A DNA stretch of 64,000 nucleotides. It comes from a virus (taxonomy: Duplodnaviria; Caudoviricetes). The stretch lies in the IMG/VR virus record IMGVR_UViG_3300036713_000599; one strand, written 5' to 3'. Position numbers and translations under genes: made by a program. Below the pieces are notes generated by a model. That model was not told the DNA's origin. It did not search any database and saw nothing but the letters and a program-made list of their open reading frames with translations. Below are positions 47,061-56,638 of the stretch, piece after piece (positions within the stretch are counted from its first letter, which is position 1; the number at the start of each line of letters is the position of its first letter).

Positions 47061-48509
47061 GTGTGGGATATCAAGTACAGGCCCTTGACATTTGACGACG
47101 TTCTAGGACAGGACGGTTCCGTCCAGGTTCTTAGAAACCGTGTGAAGAAAGGCGTTGCCCTAGACACAAGCTACATCTTCTCGGGTGGTTTTGGTCAGGG
47201 GAAAACTACGATTTCTCGCATCCTGGGCCGTGCTTTGTTGTGCCAAGACCCTCAGGAGGACGGTAACCCTTGTAATCAGTGTGACAACTGCAGGGCTATT
47301 TTGAGTGAAGCTTCCAATGCTTTCTTTGAACTCGACGCTGCTAGCAAAGGCACTATCGACAACATCCGTAAAATCGTAGATGACTTAGCCTTCGCAGTCC
47401 CCGGCGCGCCTAAACGGGTTTACATATTCGATGAAATGCATCGCATGTCGCGGGACTCGCAGGATATTTTGCTTAAGCCTCTTGAGGACAGGCGTCTTGT
47501 GGGTATTTTCTGTACAACAGAGCCATCTAAGATTCGGAGCACCATTCGATCAAGATGTGAAGAGTACCCTATCCGACGTATCCCTCGTGAGGCCATTCTT
47601 GAGAGGATGCAGGAAGTCCTGAGGAAGGAGAACGTTGAATTTGAGGATGACGCTGTGCTTACTGTCATCGATTACAGTGACGGGCATGTGCGGGACATCT
47701 ATAACCGTCTGGAGATGGTCGCCCAGCTTGGTAAAATAGATCTACCTACTGTGCGTGAGTACCTGGACTTGTCTCTCGTTTCGAGGTATTATGAAATTCT
47801 ACTCCTTCTTGGAGAACCTTCAAAGGTGATCACTTTGGTGGAGTCGGCCTGTGACCGTGTAGGTGTGGACGATGTGGTTACGGGCCTTGCTGAAGCTGCC
47901 ATGAGTTCGTATCGGCTGGCTCATGGTATTTTTGCTGAGTTTAGTCACGTGGATAAGGATTTGGCGAAGCAGGTCTATTCTGTCTACGGTGACAACGTCG
48001 TGAGGCTTGCTGAATTCTTTCTTCGGCCGGCTCGCCCAACAAAGGTCGGGCTAGTATGTGACGTGGTGAGGTGTGCTGGAGGCGTCCCCGAGGCCACATC
48101 CCAACAGTCTACTGCCCCTCCAGTTGTAGTGGCCGCCCCTGCCGTTCAAGTACCCGTACCGCAACCCTCGCAGACACCTGGACAGCTTTCGGAGCCTCCG
48201 GCTAGCATTGAACCGTCTGTGGAGACAGAGAGACAGCATCAACCTAAAATAGAGGTTAAGCTCTCGCCACCGAAACCGAAACCGTGTGACGAGGTTGGCA
48301 ACCTTGGTTCGAGCGACCCTTGTGCCCTCACCGAGATCGATAAGCGAGTCATCCCGTCCGAGGGCCCTCGCGGCGCTAACGGTAATGTCGTCCAGAAGGT
48401 GCACTTATTTAAGGGCGCTAACGGATCGAGAATGGACGAAATCCTGCCTTCTGAACAATGGGCTCGTGAGTTTTCCCGGTACTTCTTCTCTCCTAGAAAT
48501 GGTGTTTAA
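47061..48509 (+). CDS. dnaX: DNA polymerase III gamma/tau subunit
   Basis: KYRPLTFDDVLGQ, GQGKTT, CNQCDNC, ELDAAS, IFDEMH, TIRSRC; Pro-rich linker. Confidence 0.93.
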   Translation: MWDIKYRPLTFDDVLGQDGSVQVLRNRVKKGVALDTSYIFSGGFGQGKTTISRILGRALLCQDPQEDGNPCNQCDNCRAILSEASNAFFELDAASKGTIDNIRKIVDDLAFAVPGAPKRVYIFDEMHRMSRDSQDILLKPLEDRRLVGIFCTTEPSKIRSTIRSRCEEYPIRRIPREAILERMQEVLRKENVEFEDDAVLTVIDYSDGHVRDIYNRLEMVAQLGKIDLPTVREYLDLSLVSRYYEILLLLGEPSKVITLVESACDRVGVDDVVTGLAEAAMSSYRLAHGIFAEFSHVDKDLAKQVYSVYGDNVVRLAEFFLRPARPTKVGLVCDVVRCAGGVPEATSQQSTAPPVVVAAPAVQVPVPQPSQTPGQLSEPPASIEPSVETERQHQPKIEVKLSPPKPKPCDEVGNLGSSDPCALTEIDKRVIPSEGPRGANGNVVQKVHLFKGANGSRMDEILPSEQWAREFSRYFFSPRNGV

Positions 48510-50315
48510 ATGCAGGAAGATTGGGTTGTCCTTGAGCTTTCGCCTCGAAGTGAGGGCGAGGATCCCGACATACTCAGTCGGGGTATTCGTAATTCTCTGA
48601 AGATCCGTGATGCTGAGGTTTTTGTTCCGGCGACTGTGACGCAGGTGGGCGAGGATAGAGCAGTTCACTACTTGGTGGAGGGCTATGTTTTTGTGCGGTA
48701 TACAGGGAACCCGACCCCATTTTTTCGCTCGGAGGGTACCCGTTATGTCCAGTCTGTGTTGCGGGACGGAGAGGGGCGACTATCGTTGGTCGCCAACTCC
48801 GAGATTTTGGGGATGCGGGAGAAGCTTTATCGCGAAGTAGATCAGGGTATTGGTATAGGGGACAGGGTACTGATCTGTTCAGGACCTTACCAGAACATTG
48901 AAGCCACGGTCATTGAAGATATTCCCGAGCAAGGGAAGGTCCAGGTCTATGTCAAACTGAGAAGCAAGCAAACGATTCTGACCTTGCCTCGTCCTTTCCT
49001 CCAGGTTGTAGAGAGAACCCCCCTTTCCGCTTATTTCAGCCGTCTTACGGCCCTTCGGGGTTGGACTCGGCAAGTTCGTCTTATTTTCAAGTGGCCTGCT
49101 GATCGAGACAAAGTTGTTCGTTGTGGTTGGGAGACTCTGGAACTTTTGGACAACTGGGACGATTTTAGTTCTAAGCGAATTGCCTTCATAAAATCTTTTC
49201 ACCGAGACACTCGTATGGCTCTTCTGCGAGACAAGTTGGGTAAATTGTCTCAGTTGGATGAGTGGGTTCGTAGGTCTAGTTCGAGATTTGTTTTCGTTCG
49301 AGCGTGTTGGCGCAATGACCTGGACAGGTGTGCTCGAACGGTCCAGGACAAGCTTGTGGAGCTGTGTTGGTTTGACGATGTGTTGGATCGGATTAATTCG
49401 CTTCAAAAAGAAGTAGAGGTTCTGGCGCATCGTGTCGCCAAGAGAAGGAAAGGTGGAGGCGTGAAGGTTATCCAGAATATTTTGGTCGACGGCCACAATC
49501 TCGCTCACAGATGTTTCCATGCTCCAGGGATATCTGAGCTGAGAGACGAACAAGGACGCCCTACAGGGGCTATTCTGGGTTTTTTGCGTTCCCTATGTGC
49601 TCTTCGGAAAAGATGTCCCGAAGCTCGCGTATATGTCGCTTGGGACGGTAGCTCGAAGCGAAGGAAGGCTATCTACGGAGAATACAAGGCTAACAGAAAA
49701 CCCCCCCTCGAAGGTTTTGTTGCACAGGTGGACTACCTCAGAGCTATTCTACCTTTTTGCGGGGTCTGGCAGGCGGACAGTCCTGACGAGGAGGCTGATG
49801 ACATTTTGGCAGCCTTGGTTCGAGGTCAGTTGAGAGATCAACATAACCTGTTGTTCTCTACGGACCGTGACTTGCTGTCGCTCGTCACAGAGACGACATC
49901 TATGCTCCTGCCCGGAGCAGGTAGTCGTAAGGATGTCGTGCACGGTCCGGCGTCTATCAAAAAATCTTTTGGGGTGGCTCCTTCGACTATTTTAGATTTT
50001 CGTGCATTTTGTGGGGACACTTCTGATAACCTTCCTGGCGTACCCAGAGTGCCTAAAAAGGTCCTGTGTTCTTTAGTTAAGGCCTACGGTTCGATCGATG
50101 GTGTTTACGGTTCAGGGTTGGCAGGGGTCAGTAAAGGGCAATATGAGAGGTTGCGTACAGCCGAACCTCAGGTCAGACTAAATAGGGAACTTATGTCCCT
50201 CATAAATGTCGAGGTTTTTGTGAGGGGCCCGAGTGCAGACGCAGAGAAGGCTGCTCAGCGGCTACGAGAGGTCAACATAGACCCGACCCCGCTCCTTGGG
50301 GTTCTTCTCGGGTGA
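48510..50315 (+). CDS. NusG (NGN+KOW) fused to 5'-3' exonuclease/flap endonuclease
   Basis: N: WVVL...VFVP...GYVFV and GDRVLICSGPY KOW; C: LVDGHNLAHR, AWDG, YKANR, EADD, STDRD, GDTSDNLPGV. Confidence 0.85.
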   Translation: MQEDWVVLELSPRSEGEDPDILSRGIRNSLKIRDAEVFVPATVTQVGEDRAVHYLVEGYVFVRYTGNPTPFFRSEGTRYVQSVLRDGEGRLSLVANSEILGMREKLYREVDQGIGIGDRVLICSGPYQNIEATVIEDIPEQGKVQVYVKLRSKQTILTLPRPFLQVVERTPLSAYFSRLTALRGWTRQVRLIFKWPADRDKVVRCGWETLELLDNWDDFSSKRIAFIKSFHRDTRMALLRDKLGKLSQLDEWVRRSSSRFVFVRACWRNDLDRCARTVQDKLVELCWFDDVLDRINSLQKEVEVLAHRVAKRRKGGGVKVIQNILVDGHNLAHRCFHAPGISELRDEQGRPTGAILGFLRSLCALRKRCPEARVYVAWDGSSKRRKAIYGEYKANRKPPLEGFVAQVDYLRAILPFCGVWQADSPDEEADDILAALVRGQLRDQHNLLFSTDRDLLSLVTETTSMLLPGAGSRKDVVHGPASIKKSFGVAPSTILDFRAFCGDTSDNLPGVPRVPKKVLCSLVKAYGSIDGVYGSGLAGVSKGQYERLRTAEPQVRLNRELMSLINVEVFVRGPSADAEKAAQRLREVNIDPTPLLGVLLG

Positions 50316-50333
50316 GAGGGTTGGGAGTGAACC

Positions 50334-51017
50334 ATGGAGTGCGGTATGGCTGCAGGATATATCATTCCCATTGACCCCAACGAGCTTGCAAATCGATTCC
50401 CGTCATACGACCCCCGTGAAGAAGAGGACGAGGACGAGATTCCTGAAGAGTGTCAGGTGTCTGCTGAGGATATGTTGGAATTTCTTGGGGTCGGTGATGA
50501 TTTTGGGGAGCGCGTGGTCCCGTTACTCGACCGAATCCCGGAGAGGGAGGCAGACCTGATCGACTTGTACTTTACCAGGAGAAAAAAGCAGGCAGACATT
50601 GCTATTATGTTCGGTATCACACAGGCGGCTGTGAGTTATCGACTGGATCGAGGTATCCAGCGAATTAAGTTCTTGTTATCCATTCCCGATGTAACAGAAG
50701 AAGACCTTCGGCGGGACTTGCCTGACATTTTTCCACTGAAGGCGAAAGAAACTCGAAATATTGATGTAGATATACTCGTCGGCATGTGGGAGACCACTTG
50801 TCAGTCTGAGGTTGCCGCACGATTAGAGTTGACTCAGGGTAGGGTTCGTCACAGATTTTTTAAGGCTGTCAAGGCCCTCGAAGAGGCAGCCGGGAAGGAC
50901 TCCAGGTTCTCCCCGTATTTTCAAATCTTTTCGGCAATAGCTGGAAAAAACTTTAATATACTCAAAGAGGTGAAGCTCCCTCAGTGGGTTAACCGCGGGA
51001 TAGACGAGTGTGTGTAG
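50334..51017 (+). CDS. Protein with two sigma70 region-4-like HTH modules
   Basis: IPEREADLIDLYF...QADIAIMFGITQAAVSYRLDR and QSEVAARLELTQGRVRHRFFKA. Confidence 0.75.
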   Translation: MECGMAAGYIIPIDPNELANRFPSYDPREEEDEDEIPEECQVSAEDMLEFLGVGDDFGERVVPLLDRIPEREADLIDLYFTRRKKQADIAIMFGITQAAVSYRLDRGIQRIKFLLSIPDVTEEDLRRDLPDIFPLKAKETRNIDVDILVGMWETTCQSEVAARLELTQGRVRHRFFKAVKALEEAAGKDSRFSPYFQIFSAIAGKNFNILKEVKLPQWVNRGIDECV

Positions 51018-51171
51018 TGCTTCGTGGTGGTGTGCAGGTCTAATTTCTTTATGGGCTCTCAAGGACACACGAAACAGTCTCTTCATAGAACTTTAGGTTG
51101 GGCCTTGCTTCCTAGTGGTATCCATTGGGATGGTTTTTACTTATACCCGTGGATAAGCGGAGATCAATACC

Positions 51172-52074
51172 TTGTCTGCTGCCAACATTCGCTACCAAGA
51201 CTACCAGTACCAGCACCAGCTCGCCACAGGCAGTTGGCGCTGGACTACGCGTATGGACGTGTCGGGGTCTACGCCTTTGTACAGCGTTCGGGATATCGTC
51301 AGCCCTTATGGGATTTTGAGGGACTCTATTCCCATTCCTGGAGACGTGGTCGAGGCGATGAGTTCGTCCATCACCGAGATCCAGGCGAATTTCCCGCCGT
51401 CGATTCTAATCGGGCCTCCCTCTTCTCTCACCTTTGACGTAGACGAAGGTCGGGGGTACAGTTTACCTCAAGAGGTCGTGCTTACGAACGACGGGGTTTT
51501 CGGCTCTTTGTTGGGCTCATCTCTCGCGGCGTCGGCTACGTATGTCTCGGTTAGTCCTGCTAATGTGGGGAACCTTGCTGTAAATGAATCAGGTTCGTTC
51601 GAGGTGTCTGTTAATTCGACGGATCTTATAAACGCGAACAGCCCCTACATTGAGTCTGTTGTTATCCAGGACGCGAATGCGTCTAACACACCACAATCTC
51701 TGCCTGTGACTATCAATGTTCGGCCCAAGGCTACCATCTACGTGTCTCCAGTAGTACTGGCTTTCTCGGTCACGGCGCCGGTTACCGGACCATTCCCTCC
51801 AATTCCGAGTCAGCAGCTCACTGTCGAGAATACAGGGCCGGCTGACTCCGTCCTTGATTTCCAAATCCAAAGGTTGACTGGCCTTTCTGACGACTGGCTG
51901 TCTGGCTTTTCGCCTGCTTCGGGTACCCTGGTCTCCGGCGGCACTCAGGTGGCTAATGTTACGTGTGCTCCGGTTGTGGGTTTGGCCAGGGGAACATATA
52001 CGGAGGCACTTCGGGTTAGCGGGTACAGCTCTAATTCGTACGTTGATGTCCTCGTTCAGCTAGTGATTTCGTAG
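51172..52074 (+). CDS. Putative virion protein with Ig-like/BACON-like repeats
   Basis: Two beta-sandwich-like units (VSVSPANVGNL..., WLSGFSPASGTL...). Confidence 0.6.
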   Translation: MSAANIRYQDYQYQHQLATGSWRWTTRMDVSGSTPLYSVRDIVSPYGILRDSIPIPGDVVEAMSSSITEIQANFPPSILIGPPSSLTFDVDEGRGYSLPQEVVLTNDGVFGSLLGSSLAASATYVSVSPANVGNLAVNESGSFEVSVNSTDLINANSPYIESVVIQDANASNTPQSLPVTINVRPKATIYVSPVVLAFSVTAPVTGPFPPIPSQQLTVENTGPADSVLDFQIQRLTGLSDDWLSGFSPASGTLVSGGTQVANVTCAPVVGLARGTYTEALRVSGYSSNSYVDVLVQLVIS

Positions 52075-52082
52075 GAGCCTGC

Positions 52083-52370
52083 ATGAGTAATTTCAAACTG
52101 AGAAACATCGAAACTGGCGGAGCTACTGGCATGGACGCCCTTTTCGCCAATGAGCCTCAGATCATTAGTCCGGTCGGAGAATCGAAGCCGTCTCCGGCTC
52201 CTAGGCGAATTAAGGTTGCGTCCCTCTCTGGCCTAAAGGGTTTTACACGTGTGGCGTCGGACACTCTTGTGAACAAGGCCACGAATGACTTGTGGGCTCT
52301 TCGTGAGGAGGACGGCGCCTTTTTCATTGAACGCTTATTCCAAGACGACGGTCAACCGCTGAAGGGCTAA
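52083..52370 (+). CDS. Small virion-region protein
   Basis: GGAG SD; KVASLS and RVASDT motifs. Confidence 0.7.
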   Translation: MSNFKLRNIETGGATGMDALFANEPQIISPVGESKPSPAPRRIKVASLSGLKGFTRVASDTLVNKATNDLWALREEDGAFFIERLFQDDGQPLKG

Positions 52371-52375
52371 CGGTC

Positions 52376-53608
52376 ATGGGCACCTCGGCGAAAACAGCAG
52401 CTTCCAATAACGAGCCTCGCCAGGCTGAGAAGCGGGATATCCCCAAGGATCATCCATTTGACTCGAAGTCCCTAAAGCCGATGTCTAAGACATTGTGGGC
52501 TTGTAGTGTCGCTTTGGGACACGCTCTTACAGCGTACAGGCACTTTACGAGGCTTAAGTCTGCTACTGTTAGTCCGGACGGTCGGTTGGGTGGAAAGGGG
52601 TATATCCGTGAAATTCCTCAGGTCCGTAGGGATCTTTACGATGTTTGTGAGAAGCTTAGTGCTATTTCTGACACCCTTTTTGACGAGATCAGCGCACCTC
52701 ACTGGAAACCAAAGCTCGCCCTTTTAGACGACAATGAGCAAGAAGACGTCGAAAGGTTCATCGAAGAGTCTAAGAGTGTGCTCGATAATCCCGAAGGAGA
52801 GGTCGAGGAAGAGATTCTGGAAATTGAGCAGGAGAACGATACCAAGTCAGAGCTTCCTGGCGGAGGTGATGTTCCAACCGAGGCACCGTCGAAGGAGACT
52901 ATGAAGCAGGCGTCTGTCGAGGGAGTCTTGTCCCATTTCTTGGGCGAGGCTGCGGGCTCTGACGCCCAAACGGGCGGGCCTCGTGTAGACAACCGTGACC
53001 CTATGGGTGGCGACGGCCCCCACGGTTCATTCAATCCACAGGAAGACGCGACCAGTGACGACTGGGGGCTCGAAGGTGTGCGTGAGTACGACTATAAGGG
53101 TAGCGATATAGTCATTGCTGCCCAACAGTGGGCTCAGACAGTTCTCCCGTTTGACGATACTCCGACTGAGGCATGGGACTGGGGCCTCGGTTACGGTGCC
53201 CGAGGCCAAGGGGCTGGCAACTACGCCAACCCTTCTGGCGAGGGTGGTGGGAAAGGTATTTGGGGGCCCCGCAGCGGGCTTCCTGGTGACTTTCCTCAGT
53301 CCTCGGGAGACTCGGTCGCTCCTGTAGTCGATGTGAGCCTCAATGGGCGCAGGAGCGAGGCTGGGCTTCCAGGGGATGGTGATGACCCTGTGGCTCGCAG
53401 AGACGAGTACGAAGGAGCTAAGGGAAATCTTGTGCAGGCATCCGAGGAGTGGGCACGATCGCTTCCGGACGACATTTTGGCACTCGAAGAAACCGACACA
53501 GGCGTTGATACTGACATAGGCGTCGACACCGACACTGGTTACGTTTACGAGGATCTCTCAACCTCATGGATGCCACTGACGGCCCCTGGGACAACGAGGA
53601 CAGAGTAA
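52376..53608 (+). CDS. Acidic Gly-rich head-region protein
   Basis: 410 aa; helical N-domain, then disordered acidic region. Confidence 0.7.
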   Translation: MGTSAKTAASNNEPRQAEKRDIPKDHPFDSKSLKPMSKTLWACSVALGHALTAYRHFTRLKSATVSPDGRLGGKGYIREIPQVRRDLYDVCEKLSAISDTLFDEISAPHWKPKLALLDDNEQEDVERFIEESKSVLDNPEGEVEEEILEIEQENDTKSELPGGGDVPTEAPSKETMKQASVEGVLSHFLGEAAGSDAQTGGPRVDNRDPMGGDGPHGSFNPQEDATSDDWGLEGVREYDYKGSDIVIAAQQWAQTVLPFDDTPTEAWDWGLGYGARGQGAGNYANPSGEGGGKGIWGPRSGLPGDFPQSSGDSVAPVVDVSLNGRRSEAGLPGDGDDPVARRDEYEGAKGNLVQASEEWARSLPDDILALEETDTGVDTDIGVDTDTGYVYEDLSTSWMPLTAPGTTRTE

Positions 53609-55608
53609 TGGCAGGCGAACTTGGCGACATCGGCGGCTTCTTTAGGGAAGGCGGGGCCATCAATCTGGATTGGTTGGACGTGGACGAGGAGGAGTACCGG
53701 AAGCTCGATCGGCTTCCGAAGCAAAACCTCGACATTGTTCCTGATCTTGAGGCACAGTGGCGCCATGACGACACGCCCGCTTCCAGGCTTGTTCCGAATA
53801 CAGGGGGACCAAAAACAATGGTGGATCTCGGGCCTTCTGGACCTGTTCGGGAGGTCCCGGAGGATCTTGTCCGCGCGGCCCGTCTTATCATGGTGCGTAC
53901 GCATGACGCGAGGGCCATCTATGCGGCTCTGACTAGTCGATTTGATGCAGACACTCTTAAGCGATCAGCTTCTGTTTTAAGGCCGGTTTTGGCCGAAAGA
54001 GGACTACTCGGTGGTTTGTATGTGTATGCTTCCGATTTTCCGGACTGTGCTAATTCAAATACCAAGAAGTCCTCTGTGTTTGTGCGCAAGTATGCCCCTG
54101 GTGCTAAGTTTGTTATAGCCAAGAAGTCTTGCGTGGAATGTGTCCACAGACAAACCCTCCCTGATCGAACATCTCGCTGTGGTGTTTTTCACAAACAGGT
54201 GCTTGTGAAAGTGCCTTATTCCGATGAGCTTGCGGAATCTGTTGAGAAGTCACAGGAAGCTAAAGGTGTTACGGCTTCAGAGAAGTCGTCTGATCCGAAG
54301 CGTCGTATCCAACTCGCTATTCTAGGGCAGTCGCGTAATGCTTCGACTTTTACAGGTCGGTTGCAGCCTAAGCCCAAGAAACCTCTAGATAAGGTAGCGT
54401 CGGGGCAGATTCTTGCTGCGTCGGCTCAGCTTGCTAAGGAGAAGGAGACCAGTGCGGCGAAAAGTCTTGCTTCCGCTAAGGCCAGGCCTATTATTTCCCT
54501 TCTTCGTCGAGAGATGATCAAGGGTCGTGGTGAGGCGGAACTGGTACATTCTCTTAAACTTGCTTTCGGTAAGGAGGACCTTCAAGCTCTTCGGCATCAG
54601 TGGGAGCCCGTGTATCGTGAGGCTGGACTCTATGGGGCGGTCTATATCACACAAGGTAGTTTTAGTGATTGTCGTGTGGGTGCCGAATTTCTCAGTAAGC
54701 ACAGATCGAAGGTTCGTGCCGTTGTTGCTGGAGATAAGTGTTCCGGTTGTATTTTTGCTAAGGTCGGTCGGTGTCTTATGTACGGGCGTAAGCTTGTTGC
54801 TCGGAAAGAAGACATTCTCACGACTGAGACAGTGGCTGCCGTCATCGACGAGCATAAAATGGCTGGACATTTGCCAGCGTCTGTCGTAGCAGACGGTCAC
54901 CAGAAGTGGGGCTCGTCGCCCGCTGAACAGCTTAAGGCCATTCACAGGGTGGCTACGAATATTCAACCGACTGCTATGGCACCAGGGTTCCGAGGAGCCG
55001 TCGAGAGAGGGTTTTATGGTGGCCCTGGCGAGCAAATGACGAGCGACCTGACCAAGCGTGATATAGTCTTTGCGGCCAAACGGTACATGAACGAGGGGCT
55101 CTACGGTTCACAGTTGGCGACGGTTCTTAAGGGTCGCTTTGAAACTAGAGATCTGGCCGCCGCTAAAGAGGAACTGGCTGAGGCCCTCGCGGAGCAGGGG
55201 CTTCAAGGCATTAAGTACGTTGATCCTTCAGTTTATCCCGATTACGGGCATGGTTGTGCGACGGCTTCTCGATTGCTCCGACCTAGGGCGGCCGTTAAGT
55301 TCGCTAAGGTTGGCTCAGCTTGTGCCAGCTGTGTTCATCAGTCAATGCCGGGCGTGTGCTCTGTGTTGAATAAGCAGCTTGTGGAGGAACCGCCTTATGT
55401 GGATAAAGCTGCTGAACAGAAAGCCGTTTTGGAGTCCGGTAAGTCTACCGAAGTTAGGTTCGACCAGCTCACGCACAACGGCCTCTCTATGATGGAAGAG
55501 TACGAGCTTCAGCGTTCTGCTTCGGCGGCGTATACCATCGATCTGAATGCTCCTGGTGAGGCCCTTGATGTGGACATTGAGTTTGGGAACCAGGAGATTA
55601 AGTTGTGA
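53608..55608 (+). CDS. Protein with three repeated Cys4 modules
   Basis: TAATG coupling at 53608; three GL.G..Y....F/Y..C...C..C...C units. Confidence 0.75.
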   Translation: MAGELGDIGGFFREGGAINLDWLDVDEEEYRKLDRLPKQNLDIVPDLEAQWRHDDTPASRLVPNTGGPKTMVDLGPSGPVREVPEDLVRAARLIMVRTHDARAIYAALTSRFDADTLKRSASVLRPVLAERGLLGGLYVYASDFPDCANSNTKKSSVFVRKYAPGAKFVIAKKSCVECVHRQTLPDRTSRCGVFHKQVLVKVPYSDELAESVEKSQEAKGVTASEKSSDPKRRIQLAILGQSRNASTFTGRLQPKPKKPLDKVASGQILAASAQLAKEKETSAAKSLASAKARPIISLLRREMIKGRGEAELVHSLKLAFGKEDLQALRHQWEPVYREAGLYGAVYITQGSFSDCRVGAEFLSKHRSKVRAVVAGDKCSGCIFAKVGRCLMYGRKLVARKEDILTTETVAAVIDEHKMAGHLPASVVADGHQKWGSSPAEQLKAIHRVATNIQPTAMAPGFRGAVERGFYGGPGEQMTSDLTKRDIVFAAKRYMNEGLYGSQLATVLKGRFETRDLAAAKEELAEALAEQGLQGIKYVDPSVYPDYGHGCATASRLLRPRAAVKFAKVGSACASCVHQSMPGVCSVLNKQLVEEPPYVDKAAEQKAVLESGKSTEVRFDQLTHNGLSMMEEYELQRSASAAYTIDLNAPGEALDVDIEFGNQEIKL

Positions 55609-55985
55609 ACAGGATCACGGCTCGTGTCGTAGCTCGTTACCTCCTTGCCGGCCAGCAGCCGGGGCAGCGTCAACGTATTCGTGAAATGGCCAGGCCTATC
55701 AATAAACCGGAAGGTGTTGACCTCAGTGTGATCGAGGACGAGGGTCGGTCTAAAAGTGAGGGAGATGATACCACTAAACCAGACAAGAACGACATAACAC
55801 CGCGAGACTTATTTTATCCGCCGCTTCCTAAGAATACGGGTGTTCGCAATTTCGCTGAAACTGGAAAAGATCTCTCGGATACTACAGGGATCGAGAAAGA
55901 TAAAGGTTACGAGACGGTCGACAGTCTCAGTCAATACTTGATCAGAACAGAGGGTGGGGGAGAAGGTGGGCCGGAAGGGGTGTAG
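55605..55985 (+). CDS. Small protein with N-terminal ITARVVxRYL motif
   Basis: MNRITARVVARYL; GTGA overlap. Confidence 0.7.
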   Translation: MNRITARVVARYLLAGQQPGQRQRIREMARPINKPEGVDLSVIEDEGRSKSEGDDTTKPDKNDITPRDLFYPPLPKNTGVRNFAETGKDLSDTTGIEKDKGYETVDSLSQYLIRTEGGGEGGPEGV

Positions 55986-55987
55986 CT

Positions 55988-56635
55988 ATGGCAAATACAG
56001 CTATTACTGACGAAAAAGCTAGTGCGATTCTCGACGAACTTGAGGAGGCAGAGGCGTCTGACCCTGTTGAGCCCAGCGAGCATACTAAGCAGGTTGAGAA
56101 AACGGCTGCAGTGGTGCCTATTCAGACGGCCCCCAAGCGACGGAGAATGGCACCCCTCAAGGTGGATCGGCGTCCAGACTGGGATGCTGTCGAATACCAT
56201 CGTGAGATGCTGAAATGTCAGGCGGAGTTGTCCGACAATAGCGAAGTCGTCAAGGCTATCAGAGCGGATGCGTCCTCCCTCACTAAGCTGCGGGCGCTTC
56301 AAGAACAGATTGCTATGGCAGCGTCTAGTTTGGAGTTCCAGCAATGGGAGCTTCAAAAGCGTCGTAGCTCAGCTAAAGACACGGCTCAGATTATATCTCG
56401 GCGTATCTCGGCCCTCAAAGAGGTTGCGAACATTGAGCGAGAGATCTCTCAGTTTAGTGCCTCGACCTTGAATCTTAGGGATGAACGCCTTCAGAGGATT
56501 TTTGCTATGTTCCTTGAGGTGTTCCGTGATATACTGAACGAGACTTTGCCTGATGAACAGTTCGATCTTATCTGGAACAAGCTGGAAACTGCATTGGAGG
56601 GGTGGGAAAATAAGGCCGACGAGATACTGAGGTAG
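55988..56635 (+). CDS. Putative terminase small subunit
   Basis: All-helical 215 aa, 3 nt upstream of TerL (positional inference). Confidence 0.45.
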   Translation: MANTAITDEKASAILDELEEAEASDPVEPSEHTKQVEKTAAVVPIQTAPKRRRMAPLKVDRRPDWDAVEYHREMLKCQAELSDNSEVVKAIRADASSLTKLRALQEQIAMAASSLEFQQWELQKRRSSAKDTAQIISRRISALKEVANIEREISQFSASTLNLRDERLQRIFAMFLEVFRDILNETLPDEQFDLIWNKLETALEGWENKADEILR

Positions 56636-56638
56636 CTT

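Noticed and set aside
47061-48509. Programmed -1 frameshift giving gamma from dnaX
   Set aside because: I saw no AAAAAAG slippery site with a downstream hairpin
53491-53540. DTGVDTDIGVDTDTG short repeat
   Set aside because: Under three degenerate 18-nt units in a disordered acidic tail; ordinary low complexity
55979-55990. GGTGTA before 55988 (also 20466-20474) as class B promoters
   Set aside because: Spacing to ATG is 2-3 nt, not 10; explained by GTG-TAG or SD sequence
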